Shown: one piece after another, positions 26,855-36,619 of the stretch
Numbering within the stretch: the stretch's first letter is position 1
Layout of the letters: every line of letters starts with the position of its first letter
Source of the DNA: a candidate division WOR-3 bacterium
Lineage (GTDB): Bacteria > Hydrothermota > Hydrothermia > LBFQ01 > DSFT01
Direction of reading: 5' to 3'
DNA length: 46,450 nt
Assembly: GCA_015494735.1 (NCBI GenBank)
Contig: WGAQ01000159.1
Coordinates: forward strand, 1 to 46,450
Notes under the pieces: generated by a model
The model's input: the letters and a program-made list of their open reading frames with translations, nothing else
Told to the model about the DNA's origin: nothing
Databases searched by the model: none
Made by a program: the position numbers and the translations under genes

Positions 26855-27630
26855 AGAGAACCGTATGGGGCATCACCGCCGCCTTCGTATTCGCGGCGGT
26901 TCTCTTTAAAGGTGGAATCCTGTTCCACCTGTCGGTCATGGCCATAGCCATCCTGGGGCTCGTGGAATACTTCAATATGGTGGAGCGTCTGGGCAGGAAG
27001 CCCTATGAGGGGCTGACCATAGGTGCCACCCTCCTCTTCCTTGCCTCCCTTTACTTCTTCGAATTCAGGCCCCTGGTCCTTGTGACCTTCATCGGTCTCT
27101 TCCTCCTCTTCATCATGGCCATCCCCATATACTACTCGAGGGGCCGCTCCTTCGTGGATGGGGCAGTCTCCATATTCGGATTCATGTACGTGAGTATTCC
27201 CTCGGGCATATTCATCACCCTCCGCCAGATGGACCTGATTCACGCCCTTCTCATAGTGGGCTATACATGGGTGAACGACTCCTTCGCCTTCTTCACGGGC
27301 AAACTCTTCGGGAGGCACAAACTCTCCCCCTCCATCAGTCCGGGGAAGACGTGGGAGGGATTCCTTGGAGGAGCTCTGTTCAGTATGCTATTCGGTTATA
27401 TAATGGGCATATCGGCGGGTCTGCCCCCATGGAAACTGGCCCTCTACGGCCTCATCATGGCCATATTCGGAACCTTCGGGGACCTGGCGGAATCCGTCAT
27501 AAAGAGGGAGGCCGGATTCAAGGATTCCGGGAACTTCATACCGGGCCACGGAGGGGTTCTGGACAGGGTGGATGCCCTCATAATCAACATAATGGCATAT
27601 TACGTCCTGATGACCGTGCTGGGAATCTGA
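26848..27630 (+). CDS. cdsA: Phosphatidate cytidylyltransferase
   Basis: SVIKREAGFKDSGNFIPGHGGVLDRVDAL signature. TTG start overlaps the ndk end. Confidence 0.9.
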   Translation: MLKRTVWGITAAFVFAAVLFKGGILFHLSVMAIAILGLVEYFNMVERLGRKPYEGLTIGATLLFLASLYFFEFRPLVLVTFIGLFLLFIMAIPIYYSRGRSFVDGAVSIFGFMYVSIPSGIFITLRQMDLIHALLIVGYTWVNDSFAFFTGKLFGRHKLSPSISPGKTWEGFLGGALFSMLFGYIMGISAGLPPWKLALYGLIMAIFGTFGDLAESVIKREAGFKDSGNFIPGHGGVLDRVDALIINIMAYYVLMTVLGI

Positions 27631-27710
27631 GCATCGCAACTTCTCAAATCCATCCACAGGACATCGGTCCGGAAGCCAGATGAGTAGAGGTTGCCAGCGC
27701 TTTTCGTCGG

Positions 27711-27720
27711 TTTAAAATTA
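27711..27720 (+). promoter_or_regulatory. Promoter-like box upstream of the large C25 gene (leaderless-type)
   Basis: TTTAAAATTAgtggcATG. Confidence 0.45.
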
Positions 27721-27725
27721 GTGGC

Positions 27726-30700
27726 ATGTTCGCTCTGCTGGTGATGGCTGTGGGAGGTGGTGTGCATATTCGATACGACGAAAGTATTCTCCGCTCCCTC
27801 CCCACCAATCCCTATCCCGGGGAGCCGGCTCTGCCGGTCGATATAAGGAGATTTACCCTCCCGGGGAATGCCGGGAATGTGAGGGTGGTGGTGGATGACA
27901 TTCGCATGGAGAGAATCGATATCGATTCCGTGGATTTCAACGATACCATAGTAATCGCAATGGAGAGAAGGGATTCCATAATCCCCCTCCCCGCAAAAGC
28001 CCACCTCTCTCCTGTGGTGCTGGAGGGGTACGGGAGGAAAAGGGATTCCACCATAGCAGTGGTGAGAATAAATCCCGTTTACTTCGACGGAAAGAGGGCA
28101 TACAGGATTCGAAGCATCTCCTTTCATCTGGAGTGGGAGGAATTGACCGATAACACGCAGAATCCACTGCCCGACAGTCTCGACTACCTGATACTGACAG
28201 TATCCTGGCTCCATCCATACGTGGATTCGATTGCATATCTCGCGAAGATAAGGGGATTCAGGACCCTGGTCATAGATGTGGACGATATAGCCACGAATCC
28301 AGGACGCATAAGGGACACGATAAAGTACTACTACAGGAACTTCGGCATCAGATACGCATCCATAGTGGCCCACGCCAGCATAGTACATCCATATCTCCTG
28401 AGATTCCACCCGGACAGCGTCCTCTACTGGTACTATCCAACGGGCCCGCTGGTGTACACGGACTTTCCCTATATGGCTCTGGATGGTGATTACTTCACGA
28501 GTCAGGACGAATTCATAGGGGATGGGGATGACAACACGGACATGGTGGCGGACATAGGATTCTCCAGAATACCCGTATCCACCCTGCCGGAGTTGAAGGA
28601 CTACTACACCAAATTCAAGTCCCATGTAATGGGAGAGAATAACACCACACCGGCATCTGTCACGTGTCTGGAGAGCCGCCTCGATGTGGACACCACATCC
28701 TTTTCATGGCTCTGCGAAACAGCCACGTACGGACTGGGAATTCCCCGGATACAGAGGATGTACGAGCCCTACTTCGACTATTTCCTGACACCGCAGGAGT
28801 TCTTCGATTCCCTCAACACCCTGAAGCCCCAGTTCTTCATTTACATCGGGCATTCCAACATAGACAGAATACTGACCACCTACTACCCCCGTCAGGATAT
28901 ATTCACCTCCACATACTACTCCCTCATGGAAAACTACGCCATACCCTTCTCCTACATAGGGGGATGCTGGCCCGGCGACCCCATGAGCGCTTCCATGGCG
29001 GTGAACCTCCCCAGGATAGACGGCAGGGGAAGTCTGTTTTCTATGGGGGCATCCAAACTCGATTACGCCACCAACGAAGCCATAAAGGCCAGGGGAATCC
29101 TCGAGGCCTTCTTCGTATTGAACAGGTCCTTTGCAGGGGATGTGATGAACTATGTCAGGGAGGACTACGTGGGGAGGAGGTACTTCCTTTACGAAATCAT
29201 GACCTATGGGGACCCCACCCTCACCATATACAAATCGAGCCCATCGCCTCCGCCGGCCGAAATCCTGCTTTCGAACAGCGAGGTGGGTGTGGTTGCTTAC
29301 GAGGACTCTCTGATGCTCTCCATAGTGGGAAGACATCTGTACGAAAGGCACATCCTGAATGAAGGGGGCAATTCCATACCCCTGCACGTGAATGCACCGG
29401 AAACTTTGACGGTGTCCATATGGAAACCCGGATACACTCCCATGCTCAGGAAAGTGTTCGTGCTTCCCGATGGGGTGGTCTTCGGGGAGCCCACCATGGG
29501 TGGTATAGCCCTTCCCGGAGACACCATCGCCATTCTGCTCGTCGCGCACAATTACACGGATGAAACCCTTCCCTATTCCCTGCATCTGGAAACCGAGAAT
29601 GCCTATCTGCTGCAGGATAATCTGAGCGGCACCCTTCCACCCCGCTCCGCGGACACCCTGACGGTGAGCCTCATTCCATCCAATGCGGAAACCTTCACCC
29701 TGAGGTTGATTCACGATGGAAGGGTGCAGAGTTACAGGTTTCCCATAGCCGCCCTCTCCCCCCACATAGCAGGTGTGAGGTGGCTCGACGACAGTGCAGA
29801 AGTGGACATATACAATCCCTCCTCCAGGCCCATGAGCCTAAACCTGACGACAGAATTCGAGAGGAAAGTACTGGAAGTGCCCCCTTCGGGAACGGGAAGC
29901 ATAATGCTCTATGCTCCGGATTCATCCCTCACCCTGAGGCTCGAACTTCCGGAGTTCCAGACGAAGGTTACCCTGGTAAGGGCAGAGGGCCCCAATCCTC
30001 CCAAATCCGTAAGGGCATACAGCATACCATCGGGGATACAACTTTACATGGTGAACCTGCCCCCGTCGGCCCATGCGTTCCGAATATACAGGAAGAGGCA
30101 GGGGGACATAAGGGGATATGTGCATGCGGGCATCACCTCTCCGGGTTCCATGGTATTCGTGGATTACCCGGGGGATTATGGAAATTACTGCTACAGGGTC
30201 TCGGCGCTGGACCAGTATATGAACGAAGGGGAGCTGTCGGATGAGGTGTGTGCCAGTCCCGGACCCGATTACGGATTCATGAAACCCATATCGTACGCAG
30301 AGCAAATATATTCTCAACCCGTCGTGGGGCAGTTCGACAGGACCACCCCCTCTTTCGAACTCTTCCTGGTGGGCAATGTGCACATGTCCTTCTACGACTC
30401 CCACGGGTCCCCATACGATGGTTATCCCATAACGACCATGCTGGAGGTGCGGACCAAGCCCGTGGTGGCGGACTACGATGGGGATGGATTCGAGGAGGTA
30501 ATCCTCTCCGGAAAGAGCACGACGGATAACCGCTCCTATATACTGGCGGTGGAACTGGATGGAAGAGTGGATACCCTGTTCACATCGGAGCACCCCTACG
30601 ACTTCGCCCTCTCAGGAGGCCTGCTGGCCGCAGACATGACGGGGGATGGCACTCCGGAAATCGTGTTCAAGAACTACTACGGCAACGACCCCTATGCCCC

Positions 30701-31817
30701 GAGGTTCATCTTCCTCAGCGGGGATTCCCTCATGTTCCAGTTCCGGCTCAACGGCGATGCATTCAACTACATAATCCCCGCCGCCGCCGACATCGACTCC
30801 GACGGAAAATTCGAACTCGTGTTTCTGGATGAGGACAAGCAATTGTACGCTCTCAACGGAGACAGTTCCTTCGTGGATGGTTATCCGGTGGACCTCTCGG
30901 GGGACATACCCGGAACCATAAACTATACGGAGGTTCTGGGAATCGATTCCCTGATAATAGCCATAAGCAGGACATCCGAGGGAGACATATACCTCAGCAA
31001 AATCCAGGTGGATGGAACCCCCATCGGGACCATTCAGGTGGCATCGGGGGCTGTTCACTATTACTGGCAGCACTCCGCTCTCGGGTATATCGATGGGGAC
31101 CGGATACCAGACCTGGCCATCCCCACGAGGGACAGCCTGATTCTGGTGAACGTGGAAGGGGAGCGAATAGCACCATCCCTGTACCAGTACCTGCTGGGCC
31201 CATACACTATGTCCTCCCCGATACTGGCGGACGCCGGACTGGATGGGAAGATCGACATCGTCTTCTCCAATGCATCCATGATACAGGTTTACGAATACGA
31301 TGGTGGACAGTTGAGGGAGTACGCTGGATTTCCCCTGATAATGGCCGATGACTCCACCATGGACAGCGAAGGTTTATTCCCTCCATTCGTGGAGGATGTG
31401 GATGGAAACGGATTCGGGGAGTTATACGTTGCGATGAACAGGCTGGGATACGTGTACCAGATAGAATCGCCTTCATTCCGCGTACTGCCGTGGTCTCAGG
31501 AGTTCTCCAACAGATGGAACACCAGCTGGTACGGATTCGAGCCCCCATCGGTGCCGGTATCGGACGGCGAAGACATCCGTATAAAGCAGCCGGACATCTC
31601 GGTGCATCCGGGATACATAATGCTGCAGGGGCAGGCCGGGATGCCCTACAGTGTGGACATATACAGCATTTCCGGCAGGAGGGTCATGGGTGTCTCCGGG
31701 CAGATACCTGCATCCGGAAGAAGGAGGGTGGACATCGCCCTTCCCGATGGAATTTACGTGGTCAGAGGAAGGGTGGGTGCGCTGTCCATCACCCGGAAGG
31801 TGGTGAACGTAAGATGA
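27726..31817 (+). CDS. Multidomain C25 peptidase / FN3-like / FG-GAP(VCBS) beta-propeller protein with T9SS C-terminal domain
   Basis: 1363 aa. C25 core LDYLILTV...MALDGDYF...ADIGFSRIPV. Dyad FIYIGHSN (His codon 28851-28853) and YIGGCWPG (Cys codon 28965-28967). FN3-like YRIYRKRQ...YCYRVSALDQYMNEGELSDEV. At least six D-x-D/T-G-D-G repeats (ADYDGDGFEE, ADMTGDGTPE, ADIDSDGKFE, YIDGDRIPD, DAGLDGKID, EDVDGNGFGE). CTD is YSVDIYSISGRRV...DGIYVVRG...KVVNVR. Confidence 0.8.
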   Translation: MFALLVMAVGGGVHIRYDESILRSLPTNPYPGEPALPVDIRRFTLPGNAGNVRVVVDDIRMERIDIDSVDFNDTIVIAMERRDSIIPLPAKAHLSPVVLEGYGRKRDSTIAVVRINPVYFDGKRAYRIRSISFHLEWEELTDNTQNPLPDSLDYLILTVSWLHPYVDSIAYLAKIRGFRTLVIDVDDIATNPGRIRDTIKYYYRNFGIRYASIVAHASIVHPYLLRFHPDSVLYWYYPTGPLVYTDFPYMALDGDYFTSQDEFIGDGDDNTDMVADIGFSRIPVSTLPELKDYYTKFKSHVMGENNTTPASVTCLESRLDVDTTSFSWLCETATYGLGIPRIQRMYEPYFDYFLTPQEFFDSLNTLKPQFFIYIGHSNIDRILTTYYPRQDIFTSTYYSLMENYAIPFSYIGGCWPGDPMSASMAVNLPRIDGRGSLFSMGASKLDYATNEAIKARGILEAFFVLNRSFAGDVMNYVREDYVGRRYFLYEIMTYGDPTLTIYKSSPSPPPAEILLSNSEVGVVAYEDSLMLSIVGRHLYERHILNEGGNSIPLHVNAPETLTVSIWKPGYTPMLRKVFVLPDGVVFGEPTMGGIALPGDTIAILLVAHNYTDETLPYSLHLETENAYLLQDNLSGTLPPRSADTLTVSLIPSNAETFTLRLIHDGRVQSYRFPIAALSPHIAGVRWLDDSAEVDIYNPSSRPMSLNLTTEFERKVLEVPPSGTGSIMLYAPDSSLTLRLELPEFQTKVTLVRAEGPNPPKSVRAYSIPSGIQLYMVNLPPSAHAFRIYRKRQGDIRGYVHAGITSPGSMVFVDYPGDYGNYCYRVSALDQYMNEGELSDEVCASPGPDYGFMKPISYAEQIYSQPVVGQFDRTTPSFELFLVGNVHMSFYDSHGSPYDGYPITTMLEVRTKPVVADYDGDGFEEVILSGKSTTDNRSYILAVELDGRVDTLFTSEHPYDFALSGGLLAADMTGDGTPEIVFKNYYGNDPYAPRFIFLSGDSLMFQFRLNGDAFNYIIPAAADIDSDGKFELVFLDEDKQLYALNGDSSFVDGYPVDLSGDIPGTINYTEVLGIDSLIIAISRTSEGDIYLSKIQVDGTPIGTIQVASGAVHYYWQHSALGYIDGDRIPDLAIPTRDSLILVNVEGERIAPSLYQYLLGPYTMSSPILADAGLDGKIDIVFSNASMIQVYEYDGGQLREYAGFPLIMADDSTMDSEGLFPPFVEDVDGNGFGELYVAMNRLGYVYQIESPSFRVLPWSQEFSNRWNTSWYGFEPPSVPVSDGEDIRIKQPDISVHPGYIMLQGQAGMPYSVDIYSISGRRVMGVSGQIPASGRRRVDIALPDGIYVVRGRVGALSITRKVVNVR

Positions 31818-32419
31818 TCTGGCTCATAGCAGGGTTCCAGATTGCCCGTCTCCAGTACGAGGGGGGAGGTGACTGGTACAACGACCCGGAGGTCATACCC
31901 AATCTGGTCAGATTCATAAAGCAGCACGTGAATATCGAACTGGAAGATAGTCAGGCGGTGGTGCACGTCTCCAGCCCGGAAATCTTCAACTATCCGGTGG
32001 TCTATCTGACGGGGCACGGGAACCTCTTCTTCAGGGATGTGGATGCGGAGAATCTGAGGAAATATCTGATTTCAGGCGGATTCCTTTACGTGGACGACGA
32101 CTACGGTCTGGATAAGTACTTCCGGAGGGAAATCAGAAAGGTATTCCCGGACAGGGAACTGGTGGAACTCCCGCTGGACCATCCCCTCTTTAGCATATAC
32201 TGGAAGTTCCCCCGCGGACTTCCGAAGATACACGAGCACTATCCGGGACCGCCCAGAGCCTACGGAATATTCTACGGGGGGAGGCTCGTGGTCCTGTACA
32301 CGTACAACTCCAACATATCGGACGGATGGACCGACAGACACGGGGACCCGCCGCAGAAGAGGGAGGAGGCCCTGAAGTTTGGCATGAACATCATCCTCTT
32401 CGCAACTATGTATCAATGA
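31814..32419 (+). CDS. DUF4159 domain-containing protein
   Basis: FQIARLQYEGGGDWYNDPEVIPNLVRFIKQH...PVVYLTGHGNLFF...GGFLYVDDDYG...GLPKIHEH...SDGWTD matches my recollection of the DUF4159 family. ATG 31814 overlaps the upstream stop (ATGA). The track ORF start at 31490 is an out-of-gene extension. Confidence 0.8.
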   Translation: MIWLIAGFQIARLQYEGGGDWYNDPEVIPNLVRFIKQHVNIELEDSQAVVHVSSPEIFNYPVVYLTGHGNLFFRDVDAENLRKYLISGGFLYVDDDYGLDKYFRREIRKVFPDRELVELPLDHPLFSIYWKFPRGLPKIHEHYPGPPRAYGIFYGGRLVVLYTYNSNISDGWTDRHGDPPQKREEALKFGMNIILFATMYQ

Positions 32420-32477
32420 GATGGCAGGGTATGGAAACGGAGGTGAGTCATCGTTCCACCCTGATGTAAACCCGTCA

Positions 32478-32490
32478 CTTTAAACTTTTT
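32478..32490 (+). promoter_or_regulatory. Promoter-like box upstream of pckA (leaderless-type)
   Basis: CTTTAAACTTTTTcattATG. Confidence 0.45.
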
Positions 32491-32494
32491 CATT

Positions 32495-34039
32495 ATGGTT
32501 ATCAAGCGCAATCTCCCGGTAGCAGAACTCTATGAACTATCGCTTAAAAATGGATTGGGGGTCCTTGCCGCACAGGGGCAACTGGTGGTGGATACCCGCC
32601 CCTACACGGGCCGCTCCCCAAGGGACAAGTTCGTGGTGAGGGACGAGTTTACGGAGGACAAAATCTGGTGGGGCGATGTGAACCAGCCCTTCGAGAGGGA
32701 AAAATTCGAGCAGATTCTCCGGGAAGTGAAGGAGTATCTCGAAAAGAAGGATGTCGTTTACGTTCAGGACGGCTTTGCGGGAGCAGACCCGAGGCACAGG
32801 ATTGGGGTACGGGTTATGACAGAGAGCCCTTGGCATGCCATATTCGCCTACAACATGTTCATCAGGCCCACGAAGGAGGAACTGGAGAGATTCGAACCCC
32901 ATCTGACCATATACCACGCACCCTCCTTCAAGGCAGTGCCGGAAAAGCACGGAACCAGGAGCGAGGCGTTCATCGGGATGGACCTGAAGAATCGCATAAT
33001 CGTCATCGTGGGGACATCCTACGGTGGAGAGATAAAGAAGTCCGTCTTCTCCTACCTCAACTACTACTATCCATACGAGAAGGGCATCCTGTCCATGCAC
33101 TGCGGTGCCAACATCGGAAAAGCCGGAGACACCGCCCTCTTCTTCGGCCTATCGGGGACGGGAAAGACCTCCCTCTCCACCGATTCCACCAGGCCCCTCA
33201 TCGGGGACGACGAGCACGGGTGGTCGGATGAAGGTATATTCAACTTCGAGGGGGGCTGCTACGCCAAGGTCATAAAGATTTCCAGGGAGAAGGAGCCGGA
33301 GATTTATCGCGCATCCACCAGATTCGGAACCATACTGGAAAACGTGGTTCTGGATGAGAATCGCATGCCCGACTTCGATGATGGTAGCAAGACCGAAAAT
33401 ACGCGTTCCAGCTATCCCATATACTTCCTCGAGAATGTGAAGGAGGACGGGATGGGCGGACACCCCAGGAATATATTCTTCCTCTCCGCAGACGCCTTCG
33501 GAGTCCTGCCTCCCATAGCCAAGCTCACGAGGGAGCAGGCCATGTACTATTTCCTCTCCGGGTACACCGCCAAGGTGGCGGGAACGGAAAGGGGAATAAC
33601 GGAGCCCGTTGCCACCTTCTCCGCATGCTTCGGAGAGCCCTTCCTTCCGCTTCATCCATTCGAATACGCGAAGATGCTGGGCGAAAAGATAGACAGGTAC
33701 AGCCCCAATATATGGCTGGTGAACACGGGATGGACCGGCGGTCCCTACGGTGTGGGGCACAGGATAGACATAAACTACACCCGCCGGATGATAAGGGCTG
33801 CGCTCAACGGGGAATTGGACAACGTGGAGTACTTCACCATGCCCATATTCGAGCTGAGGGTTCCAAAGCACATAAGGGGCATCCCCGACGAGGTGCTCAA
33901 TCCCCGCGAGACATGGGCAGATAAGGAAGCCTACGACGAGCAGGCGAAGAAACTGGCCAGGATGTTCATAGAGAACTTCAGGAAGTACGAGGACAAAGTC
34001 ACGGAAGACGTGAAGAAAGCAGGACCATGGATGGTTTGA
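32495..34039 (+). CDS. pckA: Phosphoenolpyruvate carboxykinase (ATP)
   Basis: [22 protein letters not shown] kinase-1a motif, LIGDDEHGW. Confidence 0.95.
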   Translation: MVIKRNLPVAELYELSLKNGLGVLAAQGQLVVDTRPYTGRSPRDKFVVRDEFTEDKIWWGDVNQPFEREKFEQILREVKEYLEKKDVVYVQDGFAGADPRHRIGVRVMTESPWHAIFAYNMFIRPTKEELERFEPHLTIYHAPSFKAVPEKHGTRSEAFIGMDLKNRIIVIVGTSYGGEIKKSVFSYLNYYYPYEKGILSMHCGANIGKAGDTALFFGLSGTGKTSLSTDSTRPLIGDDEHGWSDEGIFNFEGGCYAKVIKISREKEPEIYRASTRFGTILENVVLDENRMPDFDDGSKTENTRSSYPIYFLENVKEDGMGGHPRNIFFLSADAFGVLPPIAKLTREQAMYYFLSGYTAKVAGTERGITEPVATFSACFGEPFLPLHPFEYAKMLGEKIDRYSPNIWLVNTGWTGGPYGVGHRIDINYTRRMIRAALNGELDNVEYFTMPIFELRVPKHIRGIPDEVLNPRETWADKEAYDEQAKKLARMFIENFRKYEDKVTEDVKKAGPWMV

Positions 34040-34920
34040 ATATTTTGACGGCCTTCTTCGCAGGGGTGATTTCCTTCCTCTCCCCCTGCGTCTTTCCACT
34101 GATACCTTCGTATATTGCATACGTAGGTGGTGTTTCGGTACTCTCCGGCGAGAGAAGGGGCGTATCCCTCAGCACCATAATCAACCTCCTCCTCTTCATA
34201 CTGGGCTTCTCCCTGGTATTCATAGCATTCGGAGCCGGAGCCACCTTCATCGGACAGTTCATGGCGAAGAACAAGATGCTCCTGGCGAAGGTGGCGGGAA
34301 CGGTCATAGTCCTGTTCGGACTGAGTTTCATGGGCGTCTTCAACAAACGCATGAAAAGGGAATATCCCCTGCGGGTCAAAGTCCTCGGATGGCTCTCCCT
34401 CGTGGCATTCGCAGTGGCCCTGTACATATTCTTCTTCTCCCGGTACGATTCCCTCATCATGGGCCTCATATACCTGACACTGGTCTCCGCTTTCGCCTAC
34501 CTGCTGAACTACCTGTCCATCATCACTTTCGAATTCCTGAATTACGAGGCCAAATTCCAGTATCAGGCCAAGAAGTCCACCTACATGACCTCCTTCATCC
34601 TGGGTCTGTCATTCGCTTTCGGATGGACCCCATGCATCGGTCCCATACTGGCCGCCATCATTGCCATGGCTGCGGTCCAGGAGACGGTGATGCAGGGTAT
34701 CATCCTCCTGGCATTCTACTCTCTGGGTCTCGGACTCCCCTTCTTCATATCCGGGATACTGGTGGACCTGCTCCTCAAGAGCCTGAAGGCCATCCGGAAG
34801 TACTTCCGCCTCATAGAAATCATCGCGGGGGTCATGCTCATCGTCATAGGAGTTCTCATATACACGGACCTCCTGCAGCAACTGGCATACCTCCTTCCGG
34901 ACCTGGGGCTGGAGTACTGA
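34027..34920 (+). CDS. ccdA: Cytochrome c biogenesis / thiol-disulfide transporter CcdA (DsbD family)
   Basis: [21 protein letters not shown] and [11 protein letters not shown], the two conserved Cys motifs. Overlaps the pckA end by 13 nt. Confidence 0.85.
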   Translation: MDGLNILTAFFAGVISFLSPCVFPLIPSYIAYVGGVSVLSGERRGVSLSTIINLLLFILGFSLVFIAFGAGATFIGQFMAKNKMLLAKVAGTVIVLFGLSFMGVFNKRMKREYPLRVKVLGWLSLVAFAVALYIFFFSRYDSLIMGLIYLTLVSAFAYLLNYLSIITFEFLNYEAKFQYQAKKSTYMTSFILGLSFAFGWTPCIGPILAAIIAMAAVQETVMQGIILLAFYSLGLGLPFFISGILVDLLLKSLKAIRKYFRLIEIIAGVMLIVIGVLIYTDLLQQLAYLLPDLGLEY

Positions 34921-36254
34921 TGTTCCAGGAAATCATTCTCCCCTTTGCCACGGTGCTCTCGGCTTTCGGAGGAAACTTCGAGATATTCATCGGAACAGAA
35001 GGAGCAGTGGCCATATACAGCACATCGATGGACAGGGTGGAGTGGTCCCATCCGGTCAGCGGAAGGGTGGAGCATGTCGTGTACTCCAATGGAAGCATTT
35101 ACTTTTACAGCAACGGGAAGCTCTATTCCATATCGAGGGGTTCCGGTCCCCTCGACCCGCCCCTGTCCCTGCGGGACGTTTCCCCTCCCCTGCGAATGGG
35201 CGTTTCCTCAGATGGCCTCGTGGTTCTGGACTATGGCTCCCGGAAGATGTACATAGACCCGGCCGGATTCGAGAAGGACAGGCACTCCGGGGAAATAGAG
35301 TGGGGAGGCTCGTACAGGGATGGGAGCATATACCGGTACCCCCAGATAGAGAACCTTTACCTGTATCGACCATCCATAGGAAAGGTGAAGCCCCTATTCC
35401 TCCTGCCATACAGGGATAGGTGGCTGGTGGGGACGGATGGACTGGGTCTCCTGGTGTTCAACTCCGGCAGTTTATTTCCCTTCGATACAGTCCTGGCTGG
35501 CACCTTCAACGGCAGGTACAACACCTTACGATTTATGGACGGAAAGCTCTTCATCGGAGGGGACAGGGGAATAGATATATACGAATCGGGGAGATTCAAT
35601 TCCATGGCCCTTTCCGGATGCAACGGTCAGGTGGACGAGATATTTCCCATGGGAGGAGAGTACTATGCGGCCGCATGCGGCAGGATATACAGGTTCACCC
35701 CGGATGGCAGGAGTGTGGACCTGACGGGAAATATCGGCTACGAGCGCATAATTCCTCTCAGGGGAAGGGTCTTCATCCTCTACAGGGGAGAATTGTACGA
35801 ATTCACCGGCAGAAGAATAACACGCATCATGAACAGGTGGGTTTACGACGTGGCTTACTGGAGGGGCAGATTCTACGCCATAACGGACAGGGGCATCATC
35901 TCCCTGAAGGACTCATCCACCATAGAACTGGACAGGAAGAGCTGGATAGACAGGAATATAAGGGCATACTCCGACGGCGATACGATTGCGATATGCAGCC
36001 GATTCGGCATAATGCTGTTCGATGGGAAATGGACATTCTTCGAGCAGGGTATGGGTAACATTTACCAGTGCGAGAAGGTGAAGGGGAAGATATTCTCCAT
36101 ATCGTCTTCCGGAGTGTGGACCCTGGACCCGAAGGATGGAAGATGGGACAGGATTCTCCCGAGGCTGGAGAATGTGCGGAGGATGGCATACGGAAACGGC
36201 ATCTACTACTTCATGACTCCAGAAGCCATCTTCGGAGGAATGGATTTCCGATAA
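34920..36254 (+). CDS. Hypothetical beta-propeller-like repeat protein
   Basis: ATG 34920 overlaps the ccdA stop (TGATG). Repetitive G-x-hydrophobic-Y/F strands (GSIYFYSNGKLYSI, GRIYRFTPDG, GELYEFTG, GRFYAITDRGII, GKIFSISSSGVWTL). Hydrophobic N-terminus. The track ORF start at 34389 is out-of-frame overlap with ccdA. Confidence 0.5.
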   Translation: MFQEIILPFATVLSAFGGNFEIFIGTEGAVAIYSTSMDRVEWSHPVSGRVEHVVYSNGSIYFYSNGKLYSISRGSGPLDPPLSLRDVSPPLRMGVSSDGLVVLDYGSRKMYIDPAGFEKDRHSGEIEWGGSYRDGSIYRYPQIENLYLYRPSIGKVKPLFLLPYRDRWLVGTDGLGLLVFNSGSLFPFDTVLAGTFNGRYNTLRFMDGKLFIGGDRGIDIYESGRFNSMALSGCNGQVDEIFPMGGEYYAAACGRIYRFTPDGRSVDLTGNIGYERIIPLRGRVFILYRGELYEFTGRRITRIMNRWVYDVAYWRGRFYAITDRGIISLKDSSTIELDRKSWIDRNIRAYSDGDTIAICSRFGIMLFDGKWTFFEQGMGNIYQCEKVKGKIFSISSSGVWTLDPKDGRWDRILPRLENVRRMAYGNGIYYFMTPEAIFGGMDFR

Positions 36255-36260
36255 AATCAC

Positions 36261-36271
36261 TGTATAATTTG
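36261..36271 (+). promoter_or_regulatory. Promoter-like box upstream of the DUF59 gene (leaderless-type)
   Basis: TGTATAATTTGagcATG. Confidence 0.45.
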
Positions 36272-36274
36272 AGC

Positions 36275-36616
36275 ATGGCAGAGGACAGGAAGGACAACTC
36301 CAGAGTGAAAAGAGAGGACATCATCGAGGTTTTAAAGACCGTTTACGACCCGGAAATACCCCTCAACATTTACGACCTGGGGTTGATATATGGCATAGAG
36401 ATTTCGGATGATGGAAAGGTCCACATACTCATGACCCTCACGGCGCCCGGATGCCCCATAGCCGACAGCCTGATTTACGAAATCAGGGACAAACTCATGC
36501 AACTGGAAGGGGTGAAGAATGTGGATGTGGAACTCACCTTCGACCCCCCATGGTCCCTCGAAAGGATAACGGATGAGGGGAAAGAGATACTCAGAACATT
36601 CGGCTTCAACATCTGA
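36275..36616 (+). CDS. DUF59/MIP18 family Fe-S assembly protein (SufT/PaaD-like)
   Basis: VLKTVYDPEIPLNIYDLGLIYGIE...LTAPGCPIAD. Confidence 0.85.
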   Translation: MAEDRKDNSRVKREDIIEVLKTVYDPEIPLNIYDLGLIYGIEISDDGKVHILMTLTAPGCPIADSLIYEIRDKLMQLEGVKNVDVELTFDPPWSLERITDEGKEILRTFGFNI

Positions 36617-36619
36617 TAC

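Noticed and set aside
31490-31813. Upstream part of ORF 31490-32419
   Set aside because: It overlaps the CTD-coding end of the large C25 gene in another frame. The DUF4159 homology begins only at MIWLIAGFQIARLQYEGGGDWYNDPE.
32420-32470. Imperfect hairpin GGGTATGGAAACG…CGTTCCACCC after the DUF4159 gene, read as a terminator
   Set aside because: It has two bulges and a 12-nt loop, with no downstream T-run. That is too weak to call.
34389-34919. Upstream part of ORF 34389-36254
   Set aside because: It is an out-of-frame overlap with ccdA, which carries both conserved Cys motifs. The translation is Pro/His/Gly-rich. The real start is taken as ATG 34920, at the ccdA stop.
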